Shown in pieces: positions 46,876 to 56,144 of a stretch of DNA of 64,000 bases. The stretch is from Bacteriovoracia bacterium (GTDB taxonomy: Bacteria > Bdellovibrionota > UBA1018 > CAIPTA01): NCBI GenBank assembly GCA_050246755.1, contig JBFWVL010000001.1:1849266-1913265 (forward strand). Reading direction: 5' to 3'. The notes under the pieces were generated by a model. It was given only the letters and a program-made list of their open reading frames with translations, did not search any database and was not told the DNA's origin. Numbering within the stretch: position 1 is the first letter of the stretch; each line of letters opens with the position of its first letter. The translations under genes and the position numbers were made by a program.

Positions 46876-47178
46876 CTAACTCACCAGTTTGGCTAGGGCT
46901 ACGGCTACGCCGATGGCTACGGTAACGATGGTGCCGAGCTTGATGGTCATCCGTTGCTCGGACTGGACGATTTTTTGCTCGAGGAGCACTAAGTCTTGCT
47001 TTAGGAGCGCGATGTCCTGACTCAGGAGGAGTGTATCTTGTCTTGAAACAAGCATGTCCTGCTTGGTGGCTAAGTTCATTTCTAAAAACTCGCTTATGAG
47101 TAGTACGTGCGCTTCCGCTTGTTGTCTCGGTACGCCCGCTTCTTCTAAATTTTTAGCATATTTTAGGGAGTTAAACAT
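46876..47178 (-). CDS. DUF1640/CCDC90-like coiled-coil membrane-anchored protein
   Basis: MFNSLKYAKNLEEAGVPRQQAEA head, LATKQD neck, heptads, C-terminal TM; GAGGTG RBS. Confidence 0.8.
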   Translation of the reverse strand: MFNSLKYAKNLEEAGVPRQQAEAHVLLISEFLEMNLATKQDMLVSRQDTLLLSQDIALLKQDLVLLEQKIVQSEQRMTIKLGTIVTVAIGVAVALAKLVS

Positions 47179-47359
47179 CCGGCACCTCTTGTCGAACTGA
47201 GAATGCAAATCGTTTTCCTGCCTGAGTTTTTCAAGTGCGGAAAACAGCAGGACTTTTCTGTTACGGTAGATGATTTTCGGCGATTATCGCGGACTGATTC
47301 CGGACAAAGAATTTGCGGTGGATCTTCTTTCCGCGGGTGGTTTGGCCTAAGCTAGGCCT

Positions 47360-47701
47360 ATGATTCGCGCGACTTTGAAACCATACTGGACTGGAACTGC
47401 CGCCCTGGTGTTGTCTGCCATCGCTTGGGCTGTGCTTATTCATAGTGAACGCACGGGCGAGATCGAAGGCAATGTTGCCTGGGTGAACGGCAATCTTTGG
47501 ACGGCGCTTTTTTTCGCCGTACCGCTTTCTCAGGTGATCACGAAGCTTTTTGCCCGCCTGGCCGGTCCTTCGCGTAACCGTTTGGCGCATGCGACCGTAT
47601 CGGTCACCGCTTTCTTCTTCGCCTTCGGTATCCTAGTGCTGCTTTTATTCGTTTGCTCGGAATCGATGATGCAAGGCTTTAGGGTTTGGTCGCCCGATTA
47701 A
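47360..47701 (+). CDS. Small membrane protein
   Basis: 113 aa with three hydrophobic segments. Confidence 0.5.
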   Translation: MIRATLKPYWTGTAALVLSAIAWAVLIHSERTGEIEGNVAWVNGNLWTALFFAVPLSQVITKLFARLAGPSRNRLAHATVSVTAFFFAFGILVLLLFVCSESMMQGFRVWSPD

Positions 47702-47751
47702 GGGCCGCATGTGGGCTCCCTTTGTGCCTCTTTGCCCTTCTGCCTTTGTCG

Positions 47752-48864
47752 CTAAAACATCGATTTCTTATTCGCGATATTCGTAAGGATCGAGATCGCG
47801 AGCATGCAGGCGATCATGAAGGATCCCCCGTAGCTCATGAAGGGCAGGGGTACGCCCACGATCGGCATGATCCCAGTGGTCATCCCCATATTGATGAATA
47901 CGTGCCAGAAGAAGAGCACGCCTAGCCCATACGCAAACAGCATCCCGAACTTATCGTTGGAGCCGTAAGCGATCTTGAGGGCGTTGGCGAGCAGGATGAA
48001 ATAGAGCACGAGCAAAACGATGAAGCCGATGAAGCCGTGCTCTTCGCTGAATACGGAAAAGATGAAATCCGTATGGTGCTCGGGCAAAAAATTCAGCTGC
48101 GACTGCGTTCCCTTTTTATAGCCCTTGCCGAGGAATTGCCCGCTGCCCACCGCGATCATCGACTGAATCGAGTTATAGCCCGCGCCGCGAGGGTCGCTCT
48201 GGGGATTCACGAAGGTGATGATCCGTTGCTTCTGGTAATCCTTGAGCACGAAGCGGTAAGCGATCGGCACCATGGTCACGATCCCGAGCCCGATGATCAC
48301 GAGCAGGCGGGTACGCACTTTCACGAGCAGGATCATGCTCACGCTCACGGCCATGATGATCATCGCCGTGCCGAGATCGGGCTGGGCCATCACGAGCAGG
48401 GTAGGAATCAGTACGAGCAGGATGGGAATCATCAGGCCTTTGAGGTCGTAGGATTCGCGGAACTGATCATCGTGGAAGTACTTGGCGAGGGTCCAGGCGA
48501 TGGTGATCTTCATGAACTCGGAAGGCTGGATCGTGAACCCGCCCACGCCGAGCCAGCGTCGGGCGCCGAGCACGCTTTTGCCCACGAGCAATACCGCCAC
48601 GAGCAAAAGCAAATTCGCGGCGTAGGCCGCGTAGGCGAAGCGCTCGAGCACGCGGTAGTGCACGAGGTAAGCCACGCCCGAGCAGAATAAACCGATCACG
48701 AACCATATGGCCTGCTGCTTCCAGAACTGCGCTTCCACGCCCTGCGAGGCATACGTGGCGGAGTAAAGGTTGATGATGCCGATCCCGATCAGGCAGAACA
48801 TCACCCACACCGCATTGAGATCGTACTTAGAAGAGCCTACTTCTTCGCTCATTAATGTGGCCAT
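47752..48864 (-). CDS. rodA: Rod shape-determining protein RodA
   Basis: GARRW, QPSEF, QPDLGT, LPEHHTDFIF, LPFMSYGGS. Confidence 0.95.
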   Translation of the reverse strand: MATLMSEEVGSSKYDLNAVWVMFCLIGIGIINLYSATYASQGVEAQFWKQQAIWFVIGLFCSGVAYLVHYRVLERFAYAAYAANLLLLVAVLLVGKSVLGARRWLGVGGFTIQPSEFMKITIAWTLAKYFHDDQFRESYDLKGLMIPILLVLIPTLLVMAQPDLGTAMIIMAVSVSMILLVKVRTRLLVIIGLGIVTMVPIAYRFVLKDYQKQRIITFVNPQSDPRGAGYNSIQSMIAVGSGQFLGKGYKKGTQSQLNFLPEHHTDFIFSVFSEEHGFIGFIVLLVLYFILLANALKIAYGSNDKFGMLFAYGLGVLFFWHVFINMGMTTGIMPIVGVPLPFMSYGGSFMIACMLAISILTNIANKKSMF

Positions 48865-50846
48865 TAATCCTCGTCGTTTCTGGCGGCCGCGGCGGCGGCC
48901 GACTTATGTTTCCAGTAGTCGGTCTTGGCTTGCTTGAGGGCCTCGTCGGAATACTTCTGGGGATCTAGTTTTTGTAAATATTTTTTAATTACGGCCATGG
49001 CGATGGGCGCGGCCGAAGTTCCGTGACAAGAGTGCTCGGCCACCACTGCCACCGCGATCTTGGGGTCGTCCACCGGAGCGTAGGCCACGAACAAGCCGTT
49101 GTTGCGGTACTTGCGCTCCATGTGCATGCAATCTTTATAGACGGTGTCCACCGTGAAACGAACTACCTGGGCGGTACCGGTTTTGCCCGCGGCCTGGATG
49201 CCGGGAATGAAATGGGCGTGAGCGGTGCCGGTATCGTGCTCGAGCACCAGCTGGAGGCCCTTGCGCACGGTTTTGAGATTCTCCTCAGAGAACTTCGCCT
49301 GGTGAATCACTTCCGGCTCGGATTTCTCGATGATGGAGCCGTCTTGGTTCTCGAGGTATTTCATGAGGCGCGGGCGGTAGATCGTGCCTCCGTTCGCTAC
49401 GGTGGCGATCATGTTCGCGAGCTGCAAGGGAGTAGCGGTGAGGGAGCCCTGGCCGATGATCACCGAGAGGGTTTCCCCGGGATACCAGTCGGCGCCCATC
49501 ACGCGCTTTTTCCACGCCACGTCGGGCACGAGGCCAGGAATCTCGCCGGGAAGGGCGATGCCGGTGCGGGCGCCGAGGCCGAGGTTGCGGGCGTAGCGCG
49601 CGAGCACGTCGATCTCCATATGGGTGGCGAGCTTATAGTAGAAAACGTCCACGGAGCGGTAGAGAGACTTCACCACGTCGGTGGGGCCGTGACCCTCTTT
49701 TTTCCAGTCGTGGAAGGGGCGTCCCCCGAACATGAAGGATCCGCCCGCGTTCACCACCGTATTGGGAGTGATCAGGCCTTCCTCGAGGCCGGCGAGCGCG
49801 GAAACGATCTTGAAGGTGGAGCCCGGGCTGTAGTGGTCGAGAATCGATTTATCGCGCAGGGGCTTGTCTTCGTTGGAGGTGAGCTCCCTCCAGTATTCGG
49901 GCCGGATGCCCACCGAAAATTCGGTGGAATCGAAACTCGGCCAGCTGAGCATCGAGAGGACCTCGCCGTTCTTGGGGTCGATCGCCACCAAGGCGCCAGT
50001 TTTGCCGTCTTTGCTGAAGGCTTCGGCGGCGGTTTTCTGCAGGTCTTCGTCCACGGTGAGCACGATGTTTTTTCCCGGAATCGCCAGTTTCGGCGGGATC
50101 TCGCTCACCACGTCGCCGCCACTGCGGTCGCTATGAGTTTTTTTCTTGCGGCCGAAGGCGTCCACTTCGATGTATTCCACGCCGTCGATTCCGCGCAGCG
50201 TATTTTCCCATTGCTGCTCGAGGCCCGACTTTCCGATACTGTCGCCCTGCTGGTAGGGGCGCTCGGTCACGCTCCGGTTCACGCGGGGGAGCTCGTCGGC
50301 ATCGATCTCGGCGATATAGCCGAGAAGATGGGAGCCGATCATGCCATTCACATTGGTGCGGCGGATCCCGGTTTCTACTTCCACGCCGAGCAGGGAGTTT
50401 TTCTCCATCTCGATGAGGGAAACTTCGTCCATCGAAAGATTTTTCTTCACCACCACTGGCTGGAAGCTCGGCTGCTTGCGCGCTTTGGCGAGAGTGTCGA
50501 CGATCGTTTTGCCGTTCATGCGCACGATGCGCGAGAGCTTATCGATCACCGCTTCCTGAATGGCCGGCGGCGCGGCGCGGAAGTACTGGGGCGTGATCGT
50601 TACGTTGAACGTGGGGTGGTTATCGAGGAGGATTTGCTTGTTGCGATCGAACACCATCCCGCGCGGAGCTTCGATCTTGATTTTCTTAAGACGGTTTTCT
50701 TCGGCGAACTGCTTGAACTCTTCGCCCTTGAGGATCTGCAGGTACCAAAGGCGCAGGAATAGAATGGTGGCCACCACCACGAGCACGGCGTAGAGGTATC
50801 GAAACCGGTCCTGAAATGTCTGGAGCTGTTCGTTCTGGCCGATCAC
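48864..50846 (-). CDS. mrdA: Penicillin-binding protein 2
   Basis: APRGMVFDRN, PGSTFK, SVD, KTGTAQ. Confidence 0.95.
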   Translation of the reverse strand: MIGQNEQLQTFQDRFRYLYAVLVVVATILFLRLWYLQILKGEEFKQFAEENRLKKIKIEAPRGMVFDRNKQILLDNHPTFNVTITPQYFRAAPPAIQEAVIDKLSRIVRMNGKTIVDTLAKARKQPSFQPVVVKKNLSMDEVSLIEMEKNSLLGVEVETGIRRTNVNGMIGSHLLGYIAEIDADELPRVNRSVTERPYQQGDSIGKSGLEQQWENTLRGIDGVEYIEVDAFGRKKKTHSDRSGGDVVSEIPPKLAIPGKNIVLTVDEDLQKTAAEAFSKDGKTGALVAIDPKNGEVLSMLSWPSFDSTEFSVGIRPEYWRELTSNEDKPLRDKSILDHYSPGSTFKIVSALAGLEEGLITPNTVVNAGGSFMFGGRPFHDWKKEGHGPTDVVKSLYRSVDVFYYKLATHMEIDVLARYARNLGLGARTGIALPGEIPGLVPDVAWKKRVMGADWYPGETLSVIIGQGSLTATPLQLANMIATVANGGTIYRPRLMKYLENQDGSIIEKSEPEVIHQAKFSEENLKTVRKGLQLVLEHDTGTAHAHFIPGIQAAGKTGTAQVVRFTVDTVYKDCMHMERKYRNNGLFVAYAPVDDPKIAVAVVAEHSCHGTSAAPIAMAVIKKYLQKLDPQKYSDEALKQAKTDYWKHKSAAAAAARNDED

Positions 50847-50850
50847 GAAA

Positions 50851-51402
50851 CTAGAACTCCTCTCCGGTAAGCTGGCGGGCCTCGGAATCGCGGTCCATCT
50901 TCGTCCATTGGTCGAGGCGGCGGATCAATTCGAATACCGGTTTCACGAAGATTCCGAGGGAAAGCAGGAAGGGCAGGAGGTACTCGAGCGAGGAGCGCCA
51001 GGTATTGCCGAGAATGCCGTAGCGCTGGGCGAATAGCAAGAAGGCGATCTTCCACACTAGGCCTCCAGCCACCGCGAGAATCACCGAGGAGAAAGAGGAG
51101 GCCACGAGGAACATTTCCTTCGTGAACACGAGGGCCAGGAAAACGGCGAGGTAGCAGGCCACGAGAATTCCGGCCGGCGCGCCGGAGTGCAGCTCGGCGA
51201 TGCGTCCGATCACGATGATCAAAACCGCGCCCTCCAGGAAGGCGCGGTTCAAGCTGAGATAAATCACGATGAGCAGCAGGAGATCGAGCTCCAGCCAGGC
51301 GAAAAGGGGAAGCTTCAGGAGCACGGACTGCATGGCGGCGCAAACAATGGCTAAGAACGCCACGAGCAGAAAATTGAATACGCGGTAGAGCTCGTGGATC
51401 AT
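50851..51402 (-). CDS. mreD: MreD-like membrane protein
   Basis: Multi-TM, DLLLLIVIY; lies between mreC and mrdA. Confidence 0.7.
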   Translation of the reverse strand: MIHELYRVFNFLLVAFLAIVCAAMQSVLLKLPLFAWLELDLLLLIVIYLSLNRAFLEGAVLIIVIGRIAELHSGAPAGILVACYLAVFLALVFTKEMFLVASSFSSVILAVAGGLVWKIAFLLFAQRYGILGNTWRSSLEYLLPFLLSLGIFVKPVFELIRRLDQWTKMDRDSEARQLTGEEF

Positions 51403-52364
51403 TGGCCCGGAGCTTTCTCTTTTTTCTCTTTTTCTTTCGGCTTGGCTTCAGTCTTATGCTCGGATTTCGCCTCGGTCTTGCCGTCTTTTTTGGCTTCCGG
51501 CTTCACGGCGGGCAATGCCACCTCGAGCGTAGCCTGTTCGAGAGGAACCTTCGGCGGGTCGATCACGGTCACTTCTTCGAGGCGGTTGAAATCCACGCTC
51601 GGCACCACCTCCACCGTCTGGCTGATCCCGAAATTCTTCTTTTTCACGCTCGTTACTTTGCCGATGGTGAGGCCCTTCGGAAATAATCCACCGATGCCGG
51701 AGCTCACGATCAGATCGCCCTCCTGCACGTCGTCGGTGCGGCGTAAGTATTTCATCGAGAGCTGCTGCCCGCCTTGGCCTTCGATCACGCCGCGCACGCG
51801 GTTGCGCTGGAGGATGGCGTCGATGGCGCTCACGGCGTCGAGGAGGGAGAGCACGTCGGAAAAATTCCGGCCCACGCGGATCACGCGGCCCACCACGCCC
51901 TCGAGGGCCACCACCGCCATGCCGGCTTCCACGCCTTCGTTCGCGCCCTTGTTGAGGCGAAGCATGCGGAACTCGGGAGAAACATCCTGGGCAATCACGC
52001 GGGCCACCACTTTGCGCCCGGCCATCGGATTATTAAAATCCACGAGCTGGCGGAGGCGATCGTTCTCCCGCGCCACTTCCTGGAAGGAAGCGAGCTCGTT
52101 GAGCAGCTTACGGTTCTCGAGAGCGAGGGATTTATTATTGTCCTGCGTGTTCCAGAGAAGAAGATAGCTCTGGAGCGCGTCCCACGAGGTATCGATCGAC
52201 CAGCGAATCGCGGATTGAACCGGCGTACTCACGGCTACGGCGGCTTTATCGAACCAATGCAGATCGGCGGAGTTTTTTCCCCCTGCGTTAAGCGCGATTA
52301 CTGGCACGATAACGAGCACCAGCGTGGCCAGATAGTGGCGGTACTCTTTGATAATGTTCCACAT
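51399..52364 (-). CDS. mreC: Rod shape-determining protein MreC
   Basis: ENDRLRQL, GVVGRV, VSSGIGGLFPKG. Confidence 0.93.
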   Translation of the reverse strand: MWNIIKEYRHYLATLVLVIVPVIALNAGGKNSADLHWFDKAAVAVSTPVQSAIRWSIDTSWDALQSYLLLWNTQDNNKSLALENRKLLNELASFQEVARENDRLRQLVDFNNPMAGRKVVARVIAQDVSPEFRMLRLNKGANEGVEAGMAVVALEGVVGRVIRVGRNFSDVLSLLDAVSAIDAILQRNRVRGVIEGQGGQQLSMKYLRRTDDVQEGDLIVSSGIGGLFPKGLTIGKVTSVKKKNFGISQTVEVVPSVDFNRLEEVTVIDPPKVPLEQATLEVALPAVKPEAKKDGKTEAKSEHKTEAKPKEKEKKEKAPGQ

Positions 52365-52419
52365 TAGTGTTAAAGATTTTATCTAGGTAACGCACTGAAT
52401 ACAAAGGAAAAACGGGCAG

Positions 52420-53895
52420 ATGCTTAAATTCATGCGCGCTCATATGGGCCAAAAAGTTTTGTTGATCATCGTGGGAGCAATCGCACTCACCTTCGTTTTC
52501 TTCGGAGTTTTTCCGGAAGCAAGGAATGGAGCCGTTATGGGCGCTTCCGAAGTGGCTTCCGTTAACGGGGAAAAAATCACCTACCAAGATTTCCAGCAGG
52601 CCGTGGCCCGCGACGTGGAGAACTACCGGAACCTCGGCATGGAGCTACCGCCGGAACTCATGGAGAACATCAAATTCAGCACCTTACAGGGTTTGGTGAA
52701 GAATAAGTTGATGCTCGTGGAAGCGAGAAGGTTGGGCATTACCGCCAGCGACCGTGAGGTAAGCGACGAAATCCAGCGCATGCCGTACTTCCAGGATAAG
52801 GATAAGAAGGCTTTTGACGTGGAGCTCTATAAGCGCGTTCTTAGCTCCAATAATCTTTCTCCCGGTCAATTTGAGCAAAACGTTCGTGAGGGTTTAATCA
52901 ACCAACGCATGATGAAGTTCATCGAAGCACGGATCCGTGTAACGCCGGTGGAAGTAGCGCGTGAGTACCAGCTGGCCAACGAACAGCGCAATCTCAGTTT
53001 CGTGCGTTTCGCCCGCGAAGACGCGTACAAAAAAATGAAGGTAGACGCGAAGGAGCTCGACGCTTTCCTCGCCGACAAAGACAAGAGCCTTCAAGTGAAC
53101 ACTTTCTATACCCAAAATAATTCTCGCTACAATAAGCCCGAATCGGTTTGCGCGCGCCACATCCTCCAGCGCGACGAGAACCGCGAGTCGAAAGAGGCCC
53201 CGAAGTCTTTCCTGAAATTGAATCCCACCGCCGCCAACTTTGCGGCGCTCGCGGAGAAAAATTCTCAAGATCCCGGAACCAAAGCTAAGGGCGGGGATTT
53301 GGGCTGCTTCCAAAAGGGCCAGATGGACAAGGCCTTCGAGGAAACCGCTTTCAGCTCTCCCGTGGGCAAGGTTTCCGCGCCGGTACGCTCCAGCTTCGGC
53401 TGGCACTATATCCTAGTGTACAAAAAAGAAGCCCCCGTGCACAAACCGATCGAGACCGTGCGCCGTGAGATCGCCGAAGAAATCCTGAAGAAGCAACGTA
53501 TCGACGAAGTTCGCAAGATCAACCTCGCCGCCGGCGAAGAAGCCGTAAAGCACTGGCCGCCCGCGGGCGAAAAAGTGCAGAGCACCGGGCTCTTCAATAG
53601 CCTCGAGGGCAGCATTCCCCAAATCGGCCGCGCCGATGAAATCATCAAGGCCGCTTTTGATCCCGAAGCCAAGATCCAGAAGGGCCCTCAGCTTTTCGAA
53701 TCGGCCGGCGGCGTGATCGTGGCCGTGGTAAAAGAACGCAAAAGCGCCGAGATGGGCAAGCTGAAGCAGAACGAAGCCCAGCAGGAATCTAGCCTGCGCG
53801 AGCGCAAACTCCGCGCTTTCATGCCGGCCTGGATGGAAGATGTGCAAAAGCGCGTGAAGATTTCCTACAATAAGAAGCTGCTAGAGCAGATGTAA
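52420..53895 (+). CDS. PpiD/SurA-like chaperone with parvulin domain
   Basis: N-terminal TM, VASVNGEKIT, ARHIL, SQDPGT..GGDLG, SSFGWH. Confidence 0.88.
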   Translation: MLKFMRAHMGQKVLLIIVGAIALTFVFFGVFPEARNGAVMGASEVASVNGEKITYQDFQQAVARDVENYRNLGMELPPELMENIKFSTLQGLVKNKLMLVEARRLGITASDREVSDEIQRMPYFQDKDKKAFDVELYKRVLSSNNLSPGQFEQNVREGLINQRMMKFIEARIRVTPVEVAREYQLANEQRNLSFVRFAREDAYKKMKVDAKELDAFLADKDKSLQVNTFYTQNNSRYNKPESVCARHILQRDENRESKEAPKSFLKLNPTAANFAALAEKNSQDPGTKAKGGDLGCFQKGQMDKAFEETAFSSPVGKVSAPVRSSFGWHYILVYKKEAPVHKPIETVRREIAEEILKKQRIDEVRKINLAAGEEAVKHWPPAGEKVQSTGLFNSLEGSIPQIGRADEIIKAAFDPEAKIQKGPQLFESAGGVIVAVVKERKSAEMGKLKQNEAQQESSLRERKLRAFMPAWMEDVQKRVKISYNKKLLEQM

Positions 53896-53916
53896 GTCAC
53901 CCCCTAGCGTGTAGAG

Positions 53917-53945
53917 AAACCCGGCCCACCACGCCGGGTTTTTTT
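53917..53945 (+). terminator. Rho-independent terminator
   Basis: aaacccggc-ccaccac-gccgggttttttt. Confidence 0.8.
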
Positions 53946-53977
53946 ATGTCTAGAATCGGAATAGCCGATAAATAAGG

Positions 53978-55408
53978 GTGAAAATCCGCGCAATTATCCT
54001 CGCGTTTCTCTTGCTGGCGTTTGGCCAAGAGGCAGTTGCGCGCGTGAGCAGCGAAGCGGAAGCCCGCGCACTTTTGGGAATCGGGAATATGGCGGATGAG
54101 CAGGCCGTCAAAACAGCTTACCGCCAAGCCGCCAAGCGCTTTCATCCCGACGCTAACACCTCCGAAGCTTCCGCGGATAAATTCAATCAGATCCAGGAGG
54201 CCTACGATTTTCTCCGCACTAAAAACAAGAGCGCACCGAATCCCGGATTCCGGCAATACGGTTTCGGCGAAGATTTTTCGGGCGCGGGAAGGGAGAAGGC
54301 CCCTAGCGAGGTTTCCAAAGACGATCCCTTCGTGAAACGTTTTGGCCTCGCGATCGAAGCCGAAGGGGGTCTGGGGGAGAAACCCTCCCTCACTAGGGCC
54401 CTGAAAACCAAGCTCGAGGCGCACGTGCAGAAACTCGAGCAGCTCCTGCGCGCGAATAAAACGGCCGCGATCCTCGATTTGCATTTCACCCTCGAAGCCG
54501 TCGCGAGCGACGCCGAAAAGAAAATTTCCCGGGATATTTTCTTCACGATGGTGGGCGAGCATGCGCGCCGCTCTTCCCGCGAAGCGGATGCGCTCCTCAA
54601 GGGGGCTATGGACCGCTTTGGCCTGGAGAGCCTACCCGATTTGTTCACCCTGAAGCGCGAGCTCCGCCTCACCGGCGGAGACTACGGCAAATGGCCGGAA
54701 CTCTACCCCGAAACCACCAAGGCTATCCTCGGGAATCCGGATCTCGGCAAGCTCGACTACGAAACGCACCGCCGCCTCTTGCTCACCCTGATGAGCGATA
54801 AGGATCTCGCGAAGCACCCGCGCTTCTATGACGAGATCGCCCTCAAGAATCCCTACCTGCGGGGAGAACTCGAAAAGAAGAGAATCAAGCTGCTGTTCCT
54901 GCGCGACGGCGCGGCCTTGCCCGAGCGTGAGTTCCAGGCGCAGAGCAAGATTCTTTTGGCCAATTTCGAAAAATTCGGCCCCGAGCTCGACGGCGCCCGC
55001 CTGCGTCTGCTGGGGGAGCTGCTTTCCACGAACCGGAATTTAGAAACCTTCCTTCCGCTCGTGGGCGAGATAAAAAAGATAAAGAATTTTTCCTCTCTGG
55101 ATTTGGTGCAGGCGCTGAACGGCCAGATCTTGAAAGGCGATGCCAAGCAGGCCGCGCTTCGCCGGGCTATGCTCGGAGATTTCCTTTCTTCACTGGCCCT
55201 CCATGCGCCCGAGGTGGCCACGCGGGAGCGCGCTAATTTTGCGGCGGCTTTGAATCGATGGGGAACCAAAGGGTGGGAAGAAGTGCTAGAATTTCTCGAG
55301 GCGCACCTGGATCGCCCCGGCACGGATATGCCCGTATCCGCCGAGTACCGGTTAATGGCCCAGAAATGCTCCGATCTCTACGCAAAAACGGCAAAAAACA
55401 TAAGGTGA
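53978..55408 (+). CDS. J-domain protein with N-terminal signal peptide and helical C-terminus
   Basis: Signal-like leader ending AVA, then LLGI..VKTAYRQAAKRFHPD..KFNQIQEAYDFL. Confidence 0.8.
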   Translation: MKIRAIILAFLLLAFGQEAVARVSSEAEARALLGIGNMADEQAVKTAYRQAAKRFHPDANTSEASADKFNQIQEAYDFLRTKNKSAPNPGFRQYGFGEDFSGAGREKAPSEVSKDDPFVKRFGLAIEAEGGLGEKPSLTRALKTKLEAHVQKLEQLLRANKTAAILDLHFTLEAVASDAEKKISRDIFFTMVGEHARRSSREADALLKGAMDRFGLESLPDLFTLKRELRLTGGDYGKWPELYPETTKAILGNPDLGKLDYETHRRLLLTLMSDKDLAKHPRFYDEIALKNPYLRGELEKKRIKLLFLRDGAALPEREFQAQSKILLANFEKFGPELDGARLRLLGELLSTNRNLETFLPLVGEIKKIKNFSSLDLVQALNGQILKGDAKQAALRRAMLGDFLSSLALHAPEVATRERANFAAALNRWGTKGWEEVLEFLEAHLDRPGTDMPVSAEYRLMAQKCSDLYAKTAKNIR

Positions 55409-55415
55409 GAAAAAT

Positions 55416-55691
55416 ATGAACACGTACTTATTGTTGGGATTACTCGTTTCTTTCGCGGCCCATGCCGGAGCCGGCCAGCCCCCCAAGGAAAACGTAGGCT
55501 GCTATGCCTACGGGCACTCCTTCGCCGCCGGGGAAGACGACTGCGATGGCCGCGTTTGCCAGCCGGACGGCACGTGGAATGGCGTGGTGAAGAGCGGGCT
55601 CTGCGAGTATCCCGAAGAGGAGACGGATGGCCGCGATCCGGCTAGCGTGAAGAAGCCCTCTAAGAAAACCAAAAAAGCCCATAAACACTAG
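55416..55691 (+). CDS. Small exported Cys-containing protein
   Basis: Signal peptide ending AHA; four Cys; RDPASVKK tail. Confidence 0.7.
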   Translation: MNTYLLLGLLVSFAAHAGAGQPPKENVGCYAYGHSFAAGEDDCDGRVCQPDGTWNGVVKSGLCEYPEEETDGRDPASVKKPSKKTKKAHKH

Positions 55692-55826
55692 CTCCTCGTG
55701 CCTTAAAATTTGCAGCGCCGCAAATTTCGGTCGGAAATCGCATATCCTTCCAGCAACCGTACAAAAGATATACGGTGGCAAAAGGAACCCCCGCGCCTAA
55801 GTGCCTAATACTAAAGAGTCCAAAAT

Positions 55827-55842
55827 TGGTCTGGGACCTGCA
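55827..55842 (+). promoter_or_regulatory. Possible sigma-54 promoter
   Basis: TGGTCTGGGACCTGCA with GG-N10-GC spacing, about 30 nt before ATG 55872. Confidence 0.35.
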
Positions 55843-55871
55843 TAAGGGGCCGCGACCGAAACGAGGACTTT

Positions 55872-56144
55872 ATGAAGACGAATAAAACTATGCTCTGGAT
55901 CGCCGCTTCGCTGCTCACCGGTTTCTTTCTCTCGGTGAATGCAAAGGCCGATGTGGCTCACCCCAACGAAGCCTACCACCGCCTCACCGCCGTGGAGCTC
56001 GCTCCCGGAAATGCTCCTGGCCTCAGCGGCGGAGTATACGCTCTCTCGAATTACGAGCCTCGCTATAAAGAGAAGTTGCCTCTGCAACTCACCGGCGCCG
56101 TGGCTAAAGTGAAACGCGCTAAGTATCGCCCCTCGGCTCGCTAA
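55872..56144 (+). CDS. Small exported hypothetical protein
   Basis: GAGGA RBS; signal peptide ending AKA. Confidence 0.7.
   Translation: MKTNKTMLWIAASLLTGFFLSVNAKADVAHPNEAYHRLTAVELAPGNAPGLSGGVYALSNYEPRYKEKLPLQLTGAVAKVKRAKYRPSAR

Noticed and set aside
46960-47070. 21-nt periodicity
   Set aside because: Explained by coiled-coil heptads (xQD repeats) in the DUF1640 protein.
49023-50762. 579-aa plus-strand ORF (similarly 57602-59032, 61663-63567, 31742-33001, 23041-24351)
   Set aside because: Antisense shadows of well-supported genes; strong codon bias removes stops in the opposite frame; no recognisable motifs.
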